From assembly GCA_002327305.1 (NCBI GenBank), contig DCUZ01000019.1, positions 47,030 to 81,344 of the forward strand: DNA of 34,315 bases. The letters are read 5' to 3'. Of this stretch, positions 8,626-17,083 are shown piece by piece. The position numbers were made by a program, and so were the translations under genes. Numbering within the stretch: the stretch's first letter is position 1; each line of letters begins with the position of its first letter. The stretch comes from Holophagales bacterium UBA2201 (GTDB lineage: Bacteria; Acidobacteriota; Thermoanaerobaculia; UBA2201). Under the pieces are notes generated by a model. That model worked only from the letters and a program-made list of their open reading frames with translations, was not told where the DNA came from and did no database searches.

Positions 8626-8642
8626 TCTCACGGAGGCCCCCC

Positions 8643-10022
8643 ATGAACATCCTGCTGATCGCCCCCGCCAGCGGCCCATGGCGCGGCGTGGGCCGCCGCC
8701 GTCTCTTCGGGGGACGGACCTTCCGCTTCTCCATGCTCTCGCTCCTCTCCGTCGCCGCCGAGACGCCCCCCGGAACCACCATCCGCATCGTGGACGAACA
8801 GATCGAAGAGGTGCCCACCAGCGGACGCTTCGACCTGGTGGGGATCACCTCCATGACGGCCGCGGCGCCCCGCGCCTATGCTTTGGCGGACCGTTTCCGC
8901 GCCGCGGGGGTCCCCGTCGTGTTGGGGGGGATGCACCCCACCTTCATGCCGGAGGAGGCCCTGGCGTACGCCGACGCGGTGTGCGCCGGCGAGGCCGAAG
9001 GGGTCTGGCCCGCCATCGTGGAGGACGCCCGGGCCGGCCGCCTCGGAGGCGTGTACCGCGCTCCCGCGCCGGCCGACCTTTTCCTCCTCAAGCCGGTCCC
9101 GCGCGCCCTGTTGCGCTCCCGGCATTATGCCACCGTCCAGGCGGTCCAGGCCACCCGGGGGTGCCCGCACCAATGCGCCTTCTGTTCCGTCTCCGCCTTC
9201 CATGAGGGGCTGTTCCGCACGCGCCCCATGGAGCAGGTGATCGCCGAGATCCGCTCCCTGCCCGGAAGGTTTTTCATTTTCACGGACGATTCCCTCGCGG
9301 CCGAGCCCGACTACGCCAAAGCGCTATTTGCGGCCCTGGCCCCGCTGAATAAGCGGTGGATGACCCAGGCCACCCTCGGGATCGCTGACGACGGAAAGTT
9401 GCTGGACCTGGCGGAGCGCGCCGGGTGCGTGGCGGTCTTCACGGGGTTGGAAACCTTCAGCGCTGAAAACCTCGAGGGGGTCGGCAAAGGGTTCAACAAG
9501 GCGGAGGAATACCGGGATCGGATCGCCCGCCTGCACGCCCATGGCATGGGCGTCGAGGCGGGCATCGTCTTCGGGTTCGACCACGACCGGCCGGAGGTCT
9601 TCCGCAACACCCTGGCGATGCTGGACGCATTACGCATCGACATGGCCCAGATCTCCATCCTCACCCCCCTGCCCGGAACGCCGTTCTTTAAGGCCATGCG
9701 CGGCCGCATCCTGGACGGCGACTGGTCCCATTACGACTACCATCACGCCGTTTTCCAGCCGGCGGGGATGTCCCCTGAGGAACTGAAGGCCGGACACGAC
9801 TGGATCACGCGCGCATTCTACTCCCCGCGACGCATCGCCCGGCGCCTGGGGTGGGCGGCGACGCGCAGGCACGCCGCCCGGGTCCTCCCCTTCGCCGCGG
9901 CCATCAATCTTGCCTATAATAGACGGGTGGCGAATTGGAATATCCGGGGATGGGACCCCGCCGGCGAACCCCCCGGCTTCACCCTTCACCACAAGCCGCT
10001 GGCCAAAACGGCCGGCGCCTGA
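8643..10022 (+). CDS. B12-binding domain-containing radical SAM protein
   Basis: N-terminal B12-binding fold, CPHQCAFC radical SAM cysteine triad, RBS ACGGAGG. Confidence 0.85.
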   Translation: MNILLIAPASGPWRGVGRRRLFGGRTFRFSMLSLLSVAAETPPGTTIRIVDEQIEEVPTSGRFDLVGITSMTAAAPRAYALADRFRAAGVPVVLGGMHPTFMPEEALAYADAVCAGEAEGVWPAIVEDARAGRLGGVYRAPAPADLFLLKPVPRALLRSRHYATVQAVQATRGCPHQCAFCSVSAFHEGLFRTRPMEQVIAEIRSLPGRFFIFTDDSLAAEPDYAKALFAALAPLNKRWMTQATLGIADDGKLLDLAERAGCVAVFTGLETFSAENLEGVGKGFNKAEEYRDRIARLHAHGMGVEAGIVFGFDHDRPEVFRNTLAMLDALRIDMAQISILTPLPGTPFFKAMRGRILDGDWSHYDYHHAVFQPAGMSPEELKAGHDWITRAFYSPRRIARRLGWAATRRHAARVLPFAAAINLAYNRRVANWNIRGWDPAGEPPGFTLHHKPLAKTAGA

Positions 10023-10036
10023 TCAAGGAGGATCAC

Positions 10037-10429
10037 ATGTTCCTGCAACTTCTGCTCGTCAATTTCCTGCTGGCCGCGGCGGTTGCCGCGGTGGTGGTGC
10101 TGGTGTTCCGCAAGCCCGTGCGGGCGGTCCTGCACCGCATCATCGGGGAGGAGATCCAGTCCGCCTGGAGCCGCTATGTGATGTTCGCCATCGCCGTCGT
10201 CGGCGTTTCGGGGGGCGTCCGGCTGTGGGAGCTGGGCCGCTACATCACGCCGGATAAAGAGACCGGGAAGGTGCTGGAGCTGACCCACGACCGGTGGGTC
10301 CTGGAGATCTACAGCACCATCGTCGGCGCCCTCCAGGCCGATACCTGGATGCTCCTCGTCTTCTTCCTCTTCGCCCTGATCGCCTTCGTCGTCGTCAAGG
10401 GGTTCGAGCTGAAAAGGCATGCGGGATGA
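10037..10429 (+). CDS. small integral membrane protein (about 3 TM helices), hypothetical
   Basis: RBS aaggagga. Hydrophobic segments LLLVNFLLAAAVAAVVVLVF, VMFAIAVVGV and WMLLVFFLFALIAFVVV. Confidence 0.55.
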   Translation: MFLQLLLVNFLLAAAVAAVVVLVFRKPVRAVLHRIIGEEIQSAWSRYVMFAIAVVGVSGGVRLWELGRYITPDKETGKVLELTHDRWVLEIYSTIVGALQADTWMLLVFFLFALIAFVVVKGFELKRHAG

Positions 10430-10455
10430 ACGGCGCAGTGAATATGCGCCGGTTG

Positions 10456-10483
10456 CGAGTTTAAAGTTTCGAGTTTCGAGTTG
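10456..10483 (-). repeat. GAAAC heptamer array (inverted copy)
   Basis: gagtttaaagtttcgagtttcgag is the reverse complement of ctcgaaactcgaaactttaaactc. It matches the 13996-14035 array almost exactly. Confidence 0.7.
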
Positions 10484-10653
10484 GCGCGGAAGCCATATTT
10501 ATGTGGGGATGTCGCGCAGAGCGGCCGCGGCATTGAGAAACGAATGTCGCGGTCGGTCGAGCGGATGTAATTTCAAATGGACCTTATCAGCGTGATCAAG
10601 GAAGATATTAAACGAACCAAGGCCGATGTGATATCGCTTTCAACCGAGACAAG

Positions 10654-10688
10654 AGGGCGCAGCATGCTGCGCCCCTACGGCATTTTTC
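10654..10688. terminator. perfect 20-bp palindrome gggcgcagcatgctgcgccc plus T-run; likely bidirectional terminator
   Basis: The palindrome is followed by ctacggcatttttcg. A similar element is at 17363-17384. Confidence 0.5.
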
Positions 10689-10693
10689 GTCCT

Positions 10694-10726
10694 GAACTCG
10701 AAATTCGAAACCCGAAACTCGAAACT
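10694..10726 (+). repeat. GAAAC heptamer array (tcgaaat-tcgaaac-ccgaaac-tcgaaac)
   Basis: Tandem 7-mers, inverted relative to 10456-10483. Confidence 0.7.
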
Positions 10727-10734
10727 GGCTGTCG

Positions 10735-12225
10735 CTACAGGGCCTTTTTCACCGCCTTGGCGAAGGTCTCCAGCACCTTGACGCGGGCATGGTTCTTGTC
10801 CACGGCCTCAACGAGGGTCCACGGCGCGTGGGGCGTGGAGGTGCGCTCCACTAGCTCGCCGACGGCGGCCTCGTAGGCGTCCCACTTATTGCGGTTGCGC
10901 CAGTCCTCTTCGGTGATCTTGAACTGCTTCCAGGCGGTCTTCTCCCGCTCCTTGAACCGGCGCAACTGCTCCTCGGGGGAGATGTGGAGGAAAAATTTCT
11001 GCACGATGTAGCCGTGCCGGATCATCGCCTCCTCGAACTCGTTGATCTCCGCGTAGGCCCGTTTCCATTCGTGCTCTTTGGCAAACCCCTCCACCCGCTC
11101 CACCATGACGCGCCCGTACCAGGAGCGGTCGAAGATGACCACGCGGCCCCGGCCGGGGAGGTGGCGCCAGAACCGCCAGAGGTAGTGCTGGGCCCGCTCC
11201 TCCTCGGTGGGGGCGGCGATGGGGATGACCCGGTAGTCGCGGGCGTCAAGGGAGGCCGTGAGGCGGCGGATCGTGCCCCCCTTGCCTCCGGCGTCCCACC
11301 CCTCGAAGACCAGGACGGCGGAGAGGCCCTTGGGTTTGGCCTTGCGCCAGAGGCGGTTGACCCGTCCCTGGACCTCCTCCAGCCGCTCCTTGTATTCCTT
11401 GTCCTCCAGCTTCTTCGTCAGGTCGAGGCGGTCCAGGACGCTGTGGATGCCCTCCCCCAAAGCCCCTTTCTTCCCCGCCCTGGACGCTGTCGCGGCGGCA
11501 GGTTTCGACGGAGGCGCTTCCTGGAGACGGGCGGTGAGCCCCTCCATGATGGTGGTGCCCACGGTCAGCATCTGGTGGCGGCGGTCCTTGGCTTCCACGA
11601 TCGTCCACGGCGCCTCGGCCGTGTGGGTCTCCTGCAGGACCTCCTCGTCGATGGCGCGGAAGTGGTCGTAGAGCTTGTAGTGCTTCCAGTCCGTCTTGGT
11701 CACGCGCCAGGCGGTGCGGGGGTCCGCCTCCAGCGCCTTGAGCCGCTTTTTCTGGTCCTTCTTGGAGAGGTGGAACCAGAACTTGATGAGCAGGACCCCG
11801 TCGTCGGTGAGGGCCTTCTCCAGGAGGCGGATGCGCTCCACCTCCCGCTCCAGGTCCCCCTTCGAGATCTCGTCGTAGGCCCGCTGGAGGATGGGGCGGG
11901 TGTACCAGGAGCAGAAGAAGATCCCCGTGCGCCCCTTGGGCGGCATGGCCAGCCAGTAGCGCCAGTCCTCGGGGCGGCCCCGCTCCTCCCCGGAGCGGGG
12001 GCCGAAGGCGGTGGTCTGCAGAAAGCGGGGGTCCATCCACTCGTGGAGGGTGTTCAGCACCTCCCCCTTGCCCGCCCCGTCGGCCCCGTGGATGAGGATG
12101 AGGACGGGAAAGCGGCGGTCCTTCAACTGCTCCTGCGCCTGCAGAAGCTTGATGCGCAGGTCGGGGACCCGCTTGTCGTACTCTTCCTTGGCAACCTTCA
12201 ACCCCAGCTCCACGGCTTCGAACAT
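10735..12225 (-). CDS. ppk2: two-domain polyphosphate kinase 2 (PPK2 class II, polyphosphate:AMP/NMP phosphotransferase-like)
   Basis: Two PPK2 modules with Walker A HGADGAGKGE and EGWDAGGKGG; about 497 aa. RBS GGAGGTG. Start ATG 12225 (MFEAVELG). Confidence 0.9.
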   Translation of the reverse strand: MFEAVELGLKVAKEEYDKRVPDLRIKLLQAQEQLKDRRFPVLILIHGADGAGKGEVLNTLHEWMDPRFLQTTAFGPRSGEERGRPEDWRYWLAMPPKGRTGIFFCSWYTRPILQRAYDEISKGDLEREVERIRLLEKALTDDGVLLIKFWFHLSKKDQKKRLKALEADPRTAWRVTKTDWKHYKLYDHFRAIDEEVLQETHTAEAPWTIVEAKDRRHQMLTVGTTIMEGLTARLQEAPPSKPAAATASRAGKKGALGEGIHSVLDRLDLTKKLEDKEYKERLEEVQGRVNRLWRKAKPKGLSAVLVFEGWDAGGKGGTIRRLTASLDARDYRVIPIAAPTEEERAQHYLWRFWRHLPGRGRVVIFDRSWYGRVMVERVEGFAKEHEWKRAYAEINEFEEAMIRHGYIVQKFFLHISPEEQLRRFKEREKTAWKQFKITEEDWRNRNKWDAYEAAVGELVERTSTPHAPWTLVEAVDKNHARVKVLETFAKAVKKAL

Positions 12226-12311
12226 GGCGGACACCTCCGTCTTTTCTTTGGTTCCATTATACGCCGGTCCCGCCCCCCGCGGTCCGACCTCCCTTGGGAG
12301 CGGGCCAGAGG

Positions 12312-12317
12312 TATAAT
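12312..12317 (+). promoter_or_regulatory. -10 element (ggTATAATaat) upstream of ridA; divergent from ppk2
   Basis: The same ggtataataat motif occurs at 3311. Confidence 0.35.
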
Positions 12318-12344
12318 AATGCGACATCGCAAAGGAGGAACGCC

Positions 12345-12722
12345 ATGAACATCATCCAGACCGACAAGGCCCCGGCCGCCATCGGCCCCTACAGCCAGGC
12401 CATCCGGGAAAACCGCTTCGTCTTCACCTCCGGGCAGATCCCCCTCGACCCCGCCACCGGGCAGATGGACAACGCCACCTTCGCCGCCGAGGTGGAGCGG
12501 GTCCTGGCCAACCTGAAGGAGGTGCTCAAGGCCGCCGACTGCCAGATGAAGGATGTGATGAAGACCACCGTGTTCCTCACCGACATGGGGCTCTTCGTCG
12601 AGTTCAACGGCATTTACGAAAAGGCCTTCGGAGGCCACAAGCCAGCCCGCTCCACGGTCCAGGTGGCCGCCCTCCCCAAGGGCGCCCGCATCGAGATCGA
12701 GGCCCTGGCGCTGGTGCCGTAA
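12345..12722 (+). CDS. ridA: RidA/YjgF family reactive-intermediate deaminase
   Basis: MNIIQTDKAPAAIGPYSQA...FVFTSGQIP...ARSTVQVAALPKGARIEIEA; RBS aaaggagga. Confidence 0.9.
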   Translation: MNIIQTDKAPAAIGPYSQAIRENRFVFTSGQIPLDPATGQMDNATFAAEVERVLANLKEVLKAADCQMKDVMKTTVFLTDMGLFVEFNGIYEKAFGGHKPARSTVQVAALPKGARIEIEALALVP

Positions 12723-12845
12723 CGGCCGGAAAGCGGAAAGGCGGGAATGCCGGAAGGCTCCCCCGCCCCATGCGAGGCCGTTCGGCGTACGGCGTTCAGC
12801 GAAGCTGCCCCTGGGGGCAGGAGCGTACCCAGAAAGGAGTTGGGA

Positions 12846-13886
12846 ATGAAATATTTCATCCTGTTACCCTTTCTTTTTGTTCTTTGTGGCTGTCAAGGCC
12901 ATGATTCAGACATTGATTCCGAAGACCACAAACCAATGGTCAGCGAAATCTGTGTGGCTCCCACAAGGACCATGGCCGCATTCATCGTTTCTCAAAAGCC
13001 GCCGCAACGCCCTTTCGATATCAAGATCTGGACCTTGGACCTGAACAGCGGCGCCGTGGCACCGACAACCTTGGAAACCTCGCTGGGATTCACTCCCTTC
13101 TCGTGGTCTCCCGATGCCTCCGTCCTGGCCTACAAGAGCCACGATGAAAGCTCAATCCGTCTCTTCGATCTCCGCTCGCTGTCGGAGAGCGTTGTTTCAG
13201 CGTCCGCCCCTTCCAAGGCGGTTGACAATCGCCCCCGGTTCAACACCGTACACTTTTCCCCAACCGGAAAATACTTGGGCTACCTGAGCGGAAATACCCT
13301 CCGAATCCACAATTTCGCCGCCAGACAATCCATGGACGCGGTGCACGCGATTGAAAGCGACAATTGGTGCTGGTTGGCCAATGGCGAAGAAATACTATTC
13401 AATAAAGATGCGCGGCTCCATCGCATGAACGTCTCATCCGGAAAATCCGAGGTTGTATATTCTCCGAAATTGGACTCCAAGGACGATTTCCAATTCCCGT
13501 ATCTGACCTTGTCGCCCGACCCGGACAGCATCGGGTTCTATGCCGGGAAAACCTTTTATGCGCTTGACTTGAACAACAAATCGGCGGACCCCCTTTTCAC
13601 TTGCGACCACTGGTTCACGGAATTTGATTGGAGGGAATCCGGCATTGTGTACCTGGATGCCGCCAATGGCAATCGCCGCAAAAGAGCACGGCTGATGGTC
13701 TTTGATCCCTCGACGAAGACCTCAAGAGAGATCGCCGTCGGCCCCTTTGCCTTCGCCTCCTGGGCCCAAGGCGATACCATCATTGCGAGATCGGGGCGCT
13801 CGCAGATCGTCCTGATCGACGGCCGCACCGGGGCATCACGGCTTTTGTTCGACGCCCAAGCCGGGACATCTAACACCAAGCCCTGA
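12846..13886 (+). CDS. lipoprotein with TolB/PD40-like beta-propeller repeats; low-GC, likely horizontally acquired
   Basis: Lipobox LFVLCGC. Repeats FSWSPDASVLAY / VHFSPTGKYLGY / LTLSPDPDSIGFY. GC is visibly about 50% against about 70% in the flanks. Confidence 0.7.
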   Translation: MKYFILLPFLFVLCGCQGHDSDIDSEDHKPMVSEICVAPTRTMAAFIVSQKPPQRPFDIKIWTLDLNSGAVAPTTLETSLGFTPFSWSPDASVLAYKSHDESSIRLFDLRSLSESVVSASAPSKAVDNRPRFNTVHFSPTGKYLGYLSGNTLRIHNFAARQSMDAVHAIESDNWCWLANGEEILFNKDARLHRMNVSSGKSEVVYSPKLDSKDDFQFPYLTLSPDPDSIGFYAGKTFYALDLNNKSADPLFTCDHWFTEFDWRESGIVYLDAANGNRRKRARLMVFDPSTKTSREIAVGPFAFASWAQGDTIIARSGRSQIVLIDGRTGASRLLFDAQAGTSNTKP

Positions 13887-13995
13887 CCGCGGCCCGATCG
13901 ACGCATATCGCTCAGCGCGTTGCAGCCCTTCCGGCTTGCACATGGCCAAAATGCCGATTCTTATTACGATTCTGACGGGAACCGGTAGGGCGGGG

Positions 13996-14035
13996 GAACT
14001 CGAAACTTTAAACTCGAAACTCTAGACTTGTTTCT
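13996..14035 (+). repeat. GAAAC heptamer array (tcgaaac-tttaaac-tcgaaac-tctagac-ttgtttc)
   Basis: Lies 10 bp upstream of the C-tract-flanked promoter. Confidence 0.7.
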
Positions 14036-14044
14036 ATCCCCCCC

Positions 14045-14073
14045 TTGACACCCCCCCCGGGGGGGAATAAAAT
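14045..14073 (+). promoter_or_regulatory. consensus-like promoter cccccTTGACAcccccccc-N17-TAAAAT driving the Fe-S operon
   Basis: The -35 is embedded in poly-C tracts; the spacer is 17 bp. Confidence 0.5.
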
Positions 14074-14204
14074 GGACGGGAGAGGCCTTATTTACTTGAA
14101 ATGGTTAAACTTAACCCTGCCAGGGGCGTCCTCCCGGGGAAACCTGAGGCGAGGAGGGGGGAGGGGGGGCAGGAAGAGGAAAAATCCACTCGATCGGAAC
14201 CCTC

Positions 14205-15368
14205 ATGGAAGTGTATCTGGACCTGGAAAACGCCACCCCCCTGCCGGAGCCCGTCCTCAAGGCGATGCTCCCCTATTTCGGCGCCCGCGCCTACGGCCAC
14301 TCGGCGCTGACCCACCGGATCGGATGGGAGGCCTACGCCGCCGTGGAGGAGTCGCTCGGGCGTCTGGCCCTGGCCCTCGGCGTCCCGCCCGAGGACCTGG
14401 CGCTGACCCACGACGCCGTCGAGGCCGCCAACCTCGCCTTCGAGGGGCTGATCCTGGGACGGCCGATCAAGCGGAAAACGGTGGTCCTCTCGTCCATCGA
14501 GCCGCTGAACATCCTGTACGCGGCGGAGAACCTGGAGCGGCACGGCTTCCGCGTCGTGAAGGTCCCCGTGGACGGCGAGGGGTTCGTCCGGGAGGACGCC
14601 CTGGCCGAGGCCTGCACGGAGGACACCCACAGCGTCGCCGTCTCCTGGGTCAGCCACGAGATCGGGACGATCCAGCGCCTCGACCGCCTCTCCGCCATCG
14701 TGAGGGAACGGGCCCCCGAGGCCTACTTCATCTCCGACCTCTCCGACGCCTTCGGCCGCCTCGCCTTCGAGGGGTCGGCCCTGCCCATCGACATCGGCCT
14801 GGTCACCTCCTACAAGGTCTTCGGCCCCCGGGGCGCCGCGGCCCTCTTCAAGGGCAAGCGGGCCAAATTGAAACCCCTCCTCGCCGGCCCCTACAGCACC
14901 CAGCCGCTGTGGCCGGGCGACGAGAACCTCCCCCTCCTGGTGGGTTTCGCCGAGGCCGCTGAACGGGCGATGGCGGAGCTGAGCGCCCGGACGGCCCACA
15001 TGCGCCGCCTGCGCGACCGGCTCGTCGAAGGACTCCTGGCCATCCCGCACACGATGCTGAACGGCCCACGGACGGAACGGGCCCCCGACAACGCCAACAT
15101 CTCCTTTCTCGGAGCCGAGGGGGAGGCCATCACGGTGGAGTGCTCCGACCATGGGGTCTACGTTTCCTCGGGCTCGGCCTGCACCCGCCGGATGCTCCAG
15201 CCCAGCCATGTCCTCCTCGCCATCGGCCGGAAGTACGAGGCGGCCCACGGCTCCATCCTGATGAAGATCTCCCCCTTCCACACCGACGCCGACATCGACC
15301 ACGTCCTGAAAATCTTCCCGGAGGCCATCGAGCGCCTGCGGAAACTTTCCGGCTTCAAGGAGGCATAG
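14205..15368 (+). CDS. class I (NifS/IscS-like) cysteine desulfurase homolog with an atypical PLP motif
   Basis: Active-site loop SSGSACT is present, but the PLP lysine context is TSYKVFGP (Tyr in place of the usual SGHK His). Confidence 0.8.
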   Translation: MEVYLDLENATPLPEPVLKAMLPYFGARAYGHSALTHRIGWEAYAAVEESLGRLALALGVPPEDLALTHDAVEAANLAFEGLILGRPIKRKTVVLSSIEPLNILYAAENLERHGFRVVKVPVDGEGFVREDALAEACTEDTHSVAVSWVSHEIGTIQRLDRLSAIVRERAPEAYFISDLSDAFGRLAFEGSALPIDIGLVTSYKVFGPRGAAALFKGKRAKLKPLLAGPYSTQPLWPGDENLPLLVGFAEAAERAMAELSARTAHMRRLRDRLVEGLLAIPHTMLNGPRTERAPDNANISFLGAEGEAITVECSDHGVYVSSGSACTRRMLQPSHVLLAIGRKYEAAHGSILMKISPFHTDADIDHVLKIFPEAIERLRKLSGFKEA

Positions 15369-15374
15369 AACGGC

Positions 15375-15860
15375 ATGTCCCGCACCCCCCTGCCCTACAG
15401 CAAGGTCCTCCTGGACCACTTCCGCAACCCCCGCAACCAGGGGCCCATGGAGGCGGCCGACGTCGTCGCCAAGGCCGGCAGCCCCGCCTGCGGCGACATG
15501 ATCACCTTCTACCTCAAGGTCGCCGGCGACGCGGTGGAGCGCATCTCGTTCGAGAGCTACGGGTGCGCCGCCAACATCGGCACCGCTTCGTACCTGACGG
15601 AACTGGTGGCCGGCCGGCCGCTGGAGGAGGCGTGGAAGGTCTCCTGGAAGCGCCTCTCCGACGACCTGGGCGGCCTCCCCAAGGTGAAGTTCCACTGCGG
15701 CATCCTGGCCGTGGGGGCCCTCCAGCGGGCCATCCGTGAGTACTACCGCGCCCGCGGCGCCGTCCCGGCCTGGATACCCCCGGACCTGACGGAGGAGGAG
15801 AAGAACGCCCAGGAAGAGGAAGAGCTGGCCTGCTCCATCGAGCACAAGCTCCACCCATGA
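15375..15860 (+). CDS. NifU/IscU-like Fe-S scaffold protein with acidic C-terminal extension
   Basis: The three scaffold cysteines are GSPACGD, YGCAAN and FHCGI. Confidence 0.8.
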   Translation: MSRTPLPYSKVLLDHFRNPRNQGPMEAADVVAKAGSPACGDMITFYLKVAGDAVERISFESYGCAANIGTASYLTELVAGRPLEEAWKVSWKRLSDDLGGLPKVKFHCGILAVGALQRAIREYYRARGAVPAWIPPDLTEEEKNAQEEEELACSIEHKLHP

Positions 15861-17083
15861 CCATGGACATCGCCGCCGTCCGCGCCGACTTCCCCATCCT
15901 CGCCCGCACCGTCAACGGAAAGCCCCTGGCCTACCTCGACAACGCCGCCACCTCGCAGAAGCCGCGGCAGGTCCTGGAGGCGGTGGACCGCTACTACCGC
16001 CAGAACAACGCCAACGTCCACCGCGGCGTCCACACGCTGGCCTCCGAGTCCACCGTCCTTTACGAAGAGGCCCACCAAAAGGCCGCCGCATTCCTCAATG
16101 CCCGCTCCTGGCAGGAGATCATCTTCGTCCGCAACACCACCGAGGCCCTCAACCTGGCCGCCACGGCCCTCGCCCTGGGGCACCTGAAACCCGGCGACGA
16201 GGTCCTGATCACACGGGTGGACCACCACTCCAACATCATCCCCTGGTTCCTTCTCAAGGAGCGGTTCGGCATCCTGACGAGGATGGTGGACGCCCTCCCC
16301 GACGGAACCCTCGACCTCGAGGATTTCAAGGCCAAACTGGCGGGACGCCCGAAAGTGGTGGCCATGACCCACGTCTCCAATGTCACCGGTTGGATCTCCC
16401 CCCTGGAGCGCCTGATCCCCCTGGCCCACGAGGCCGGGGCCCTCGTCGTGGTGGACGGGGCGCAGGCGGTGCCGCACTTCCCCGTGGACGTGCAGGCCCT
16501 CGACGCCGACTTCTACGCCTTCTCCGGCCACAAGGTGCTGGCCCCCATGGGGATCGGGGTCCTTTACGGCAAGCGGGAGCTGTTGACCCGGCTCCCACCC
16601 TTCCTGGGCGGCGGCGACATGCTGGAGACCGTCTGCGTGGTGGGGGGGGTCTGCTCCCTCTGCCTCAAGGCCCTGCCGTGGAAATACGAGGCGGGGACCG
16701 CCAATGTGGACGGGGCGGTGGGGCTCACCGCCGCCATCGATTATCTGGCCGGCCTTGGCTGGGACGCCGTCCGGCCCCACGAGGAATCCCTGTTCCGCCG
16801 GACGGTGGAGGGGATGCGCCGGATGAAGCACGTCCGCCTCATCGGGCCGGAGGACCTGTCGCGGCGGGTGGGGTGCGTCCCCTTCACCGTGGAGGGGCTC
16901 TCCGCCTCCGAGGTGGCCACGGCCCTCGACGGCGAGGGGATCGCCATCCGTTCCGGGTTCCACTGCGCCCAGCCCCTTCACGAACGCCTCGGCCTTTCGT
17001 CCAGCGCCCGCATCTCGCTGGCCTTTTACAACACGGAGGCGGAGGTGGACCGCTGCCTGGCCGTCCTGGAATCCCTGGGATGA
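15857..17083 (+). CDS. sufS: SufS/CsdA-type (class II) cysteine desulfurase
   Basis: FSGHKVLAPMGIGVLYGKRELL and RSGFHCAQP motifs. ATGA overlap with the upstream gene. Confidence 0.9.
   Translation: MTMDIAAVRADFPILARTVNGKPLAYLDNAATSQKPRQVLEAVDRYYRQNNANVHRGVHTLASESTVLYEEAHQKAAAFLNARSWQEIIFVRNTTEALNLAATALALGHLKPGDEVLITRVDHHSNIIPWFLLKERFGILTRMVDALPDGTLDLEDFKAKLAGRPKVVAMTHVSNVTGWISPLERLIPLAHEAGALVVVDGAQAVPHFPVDVQALDADFYAFSGHKVLAPMGIGVLYGKRELLTRLPPFLGGGDMLETVCVVGGVCSLCLKALPWKYEAGTANVDGAVGLTAAIDYLAGLGWDAVRPHEESLFRRTVEGMRRMKHVRLIGPEDLSRRVGCVPFTVEGLSASEVATALDGEGIAIRSGFHCAQPLHERLGLSSSARISLAFYNTEAEVDRCLAVLESLG

Noticed and set aside
8457-8642. Long form of the radical SAM ORF starting at 8457
   Set aside because: The extension is translated from the AT-rich palindrome and heptamer array (a Leu/Ser/Phe low-complexity run). 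ATG 8643 has a strong RBS and aligns with the start of the B12-binding domain.
10577-10876. 99-aa ORF spanning the AT-rich intergenic segment and the ppk2 3' end
   Set aside because: It overlaps the well-supported PPK2 C-terminus on the opposite strand. It has no RBS, and the region is better explained as a repeat or terminator segment.
12747-12845. N-terminal extension of the lipoprotein ORF to 12747
   Set aside because: ATG 12846 has an AAAGGAG RBS and starts directly with a lipoprotein signal peptide. The extension is GC-rich intergenic sequence containing a hairpin.
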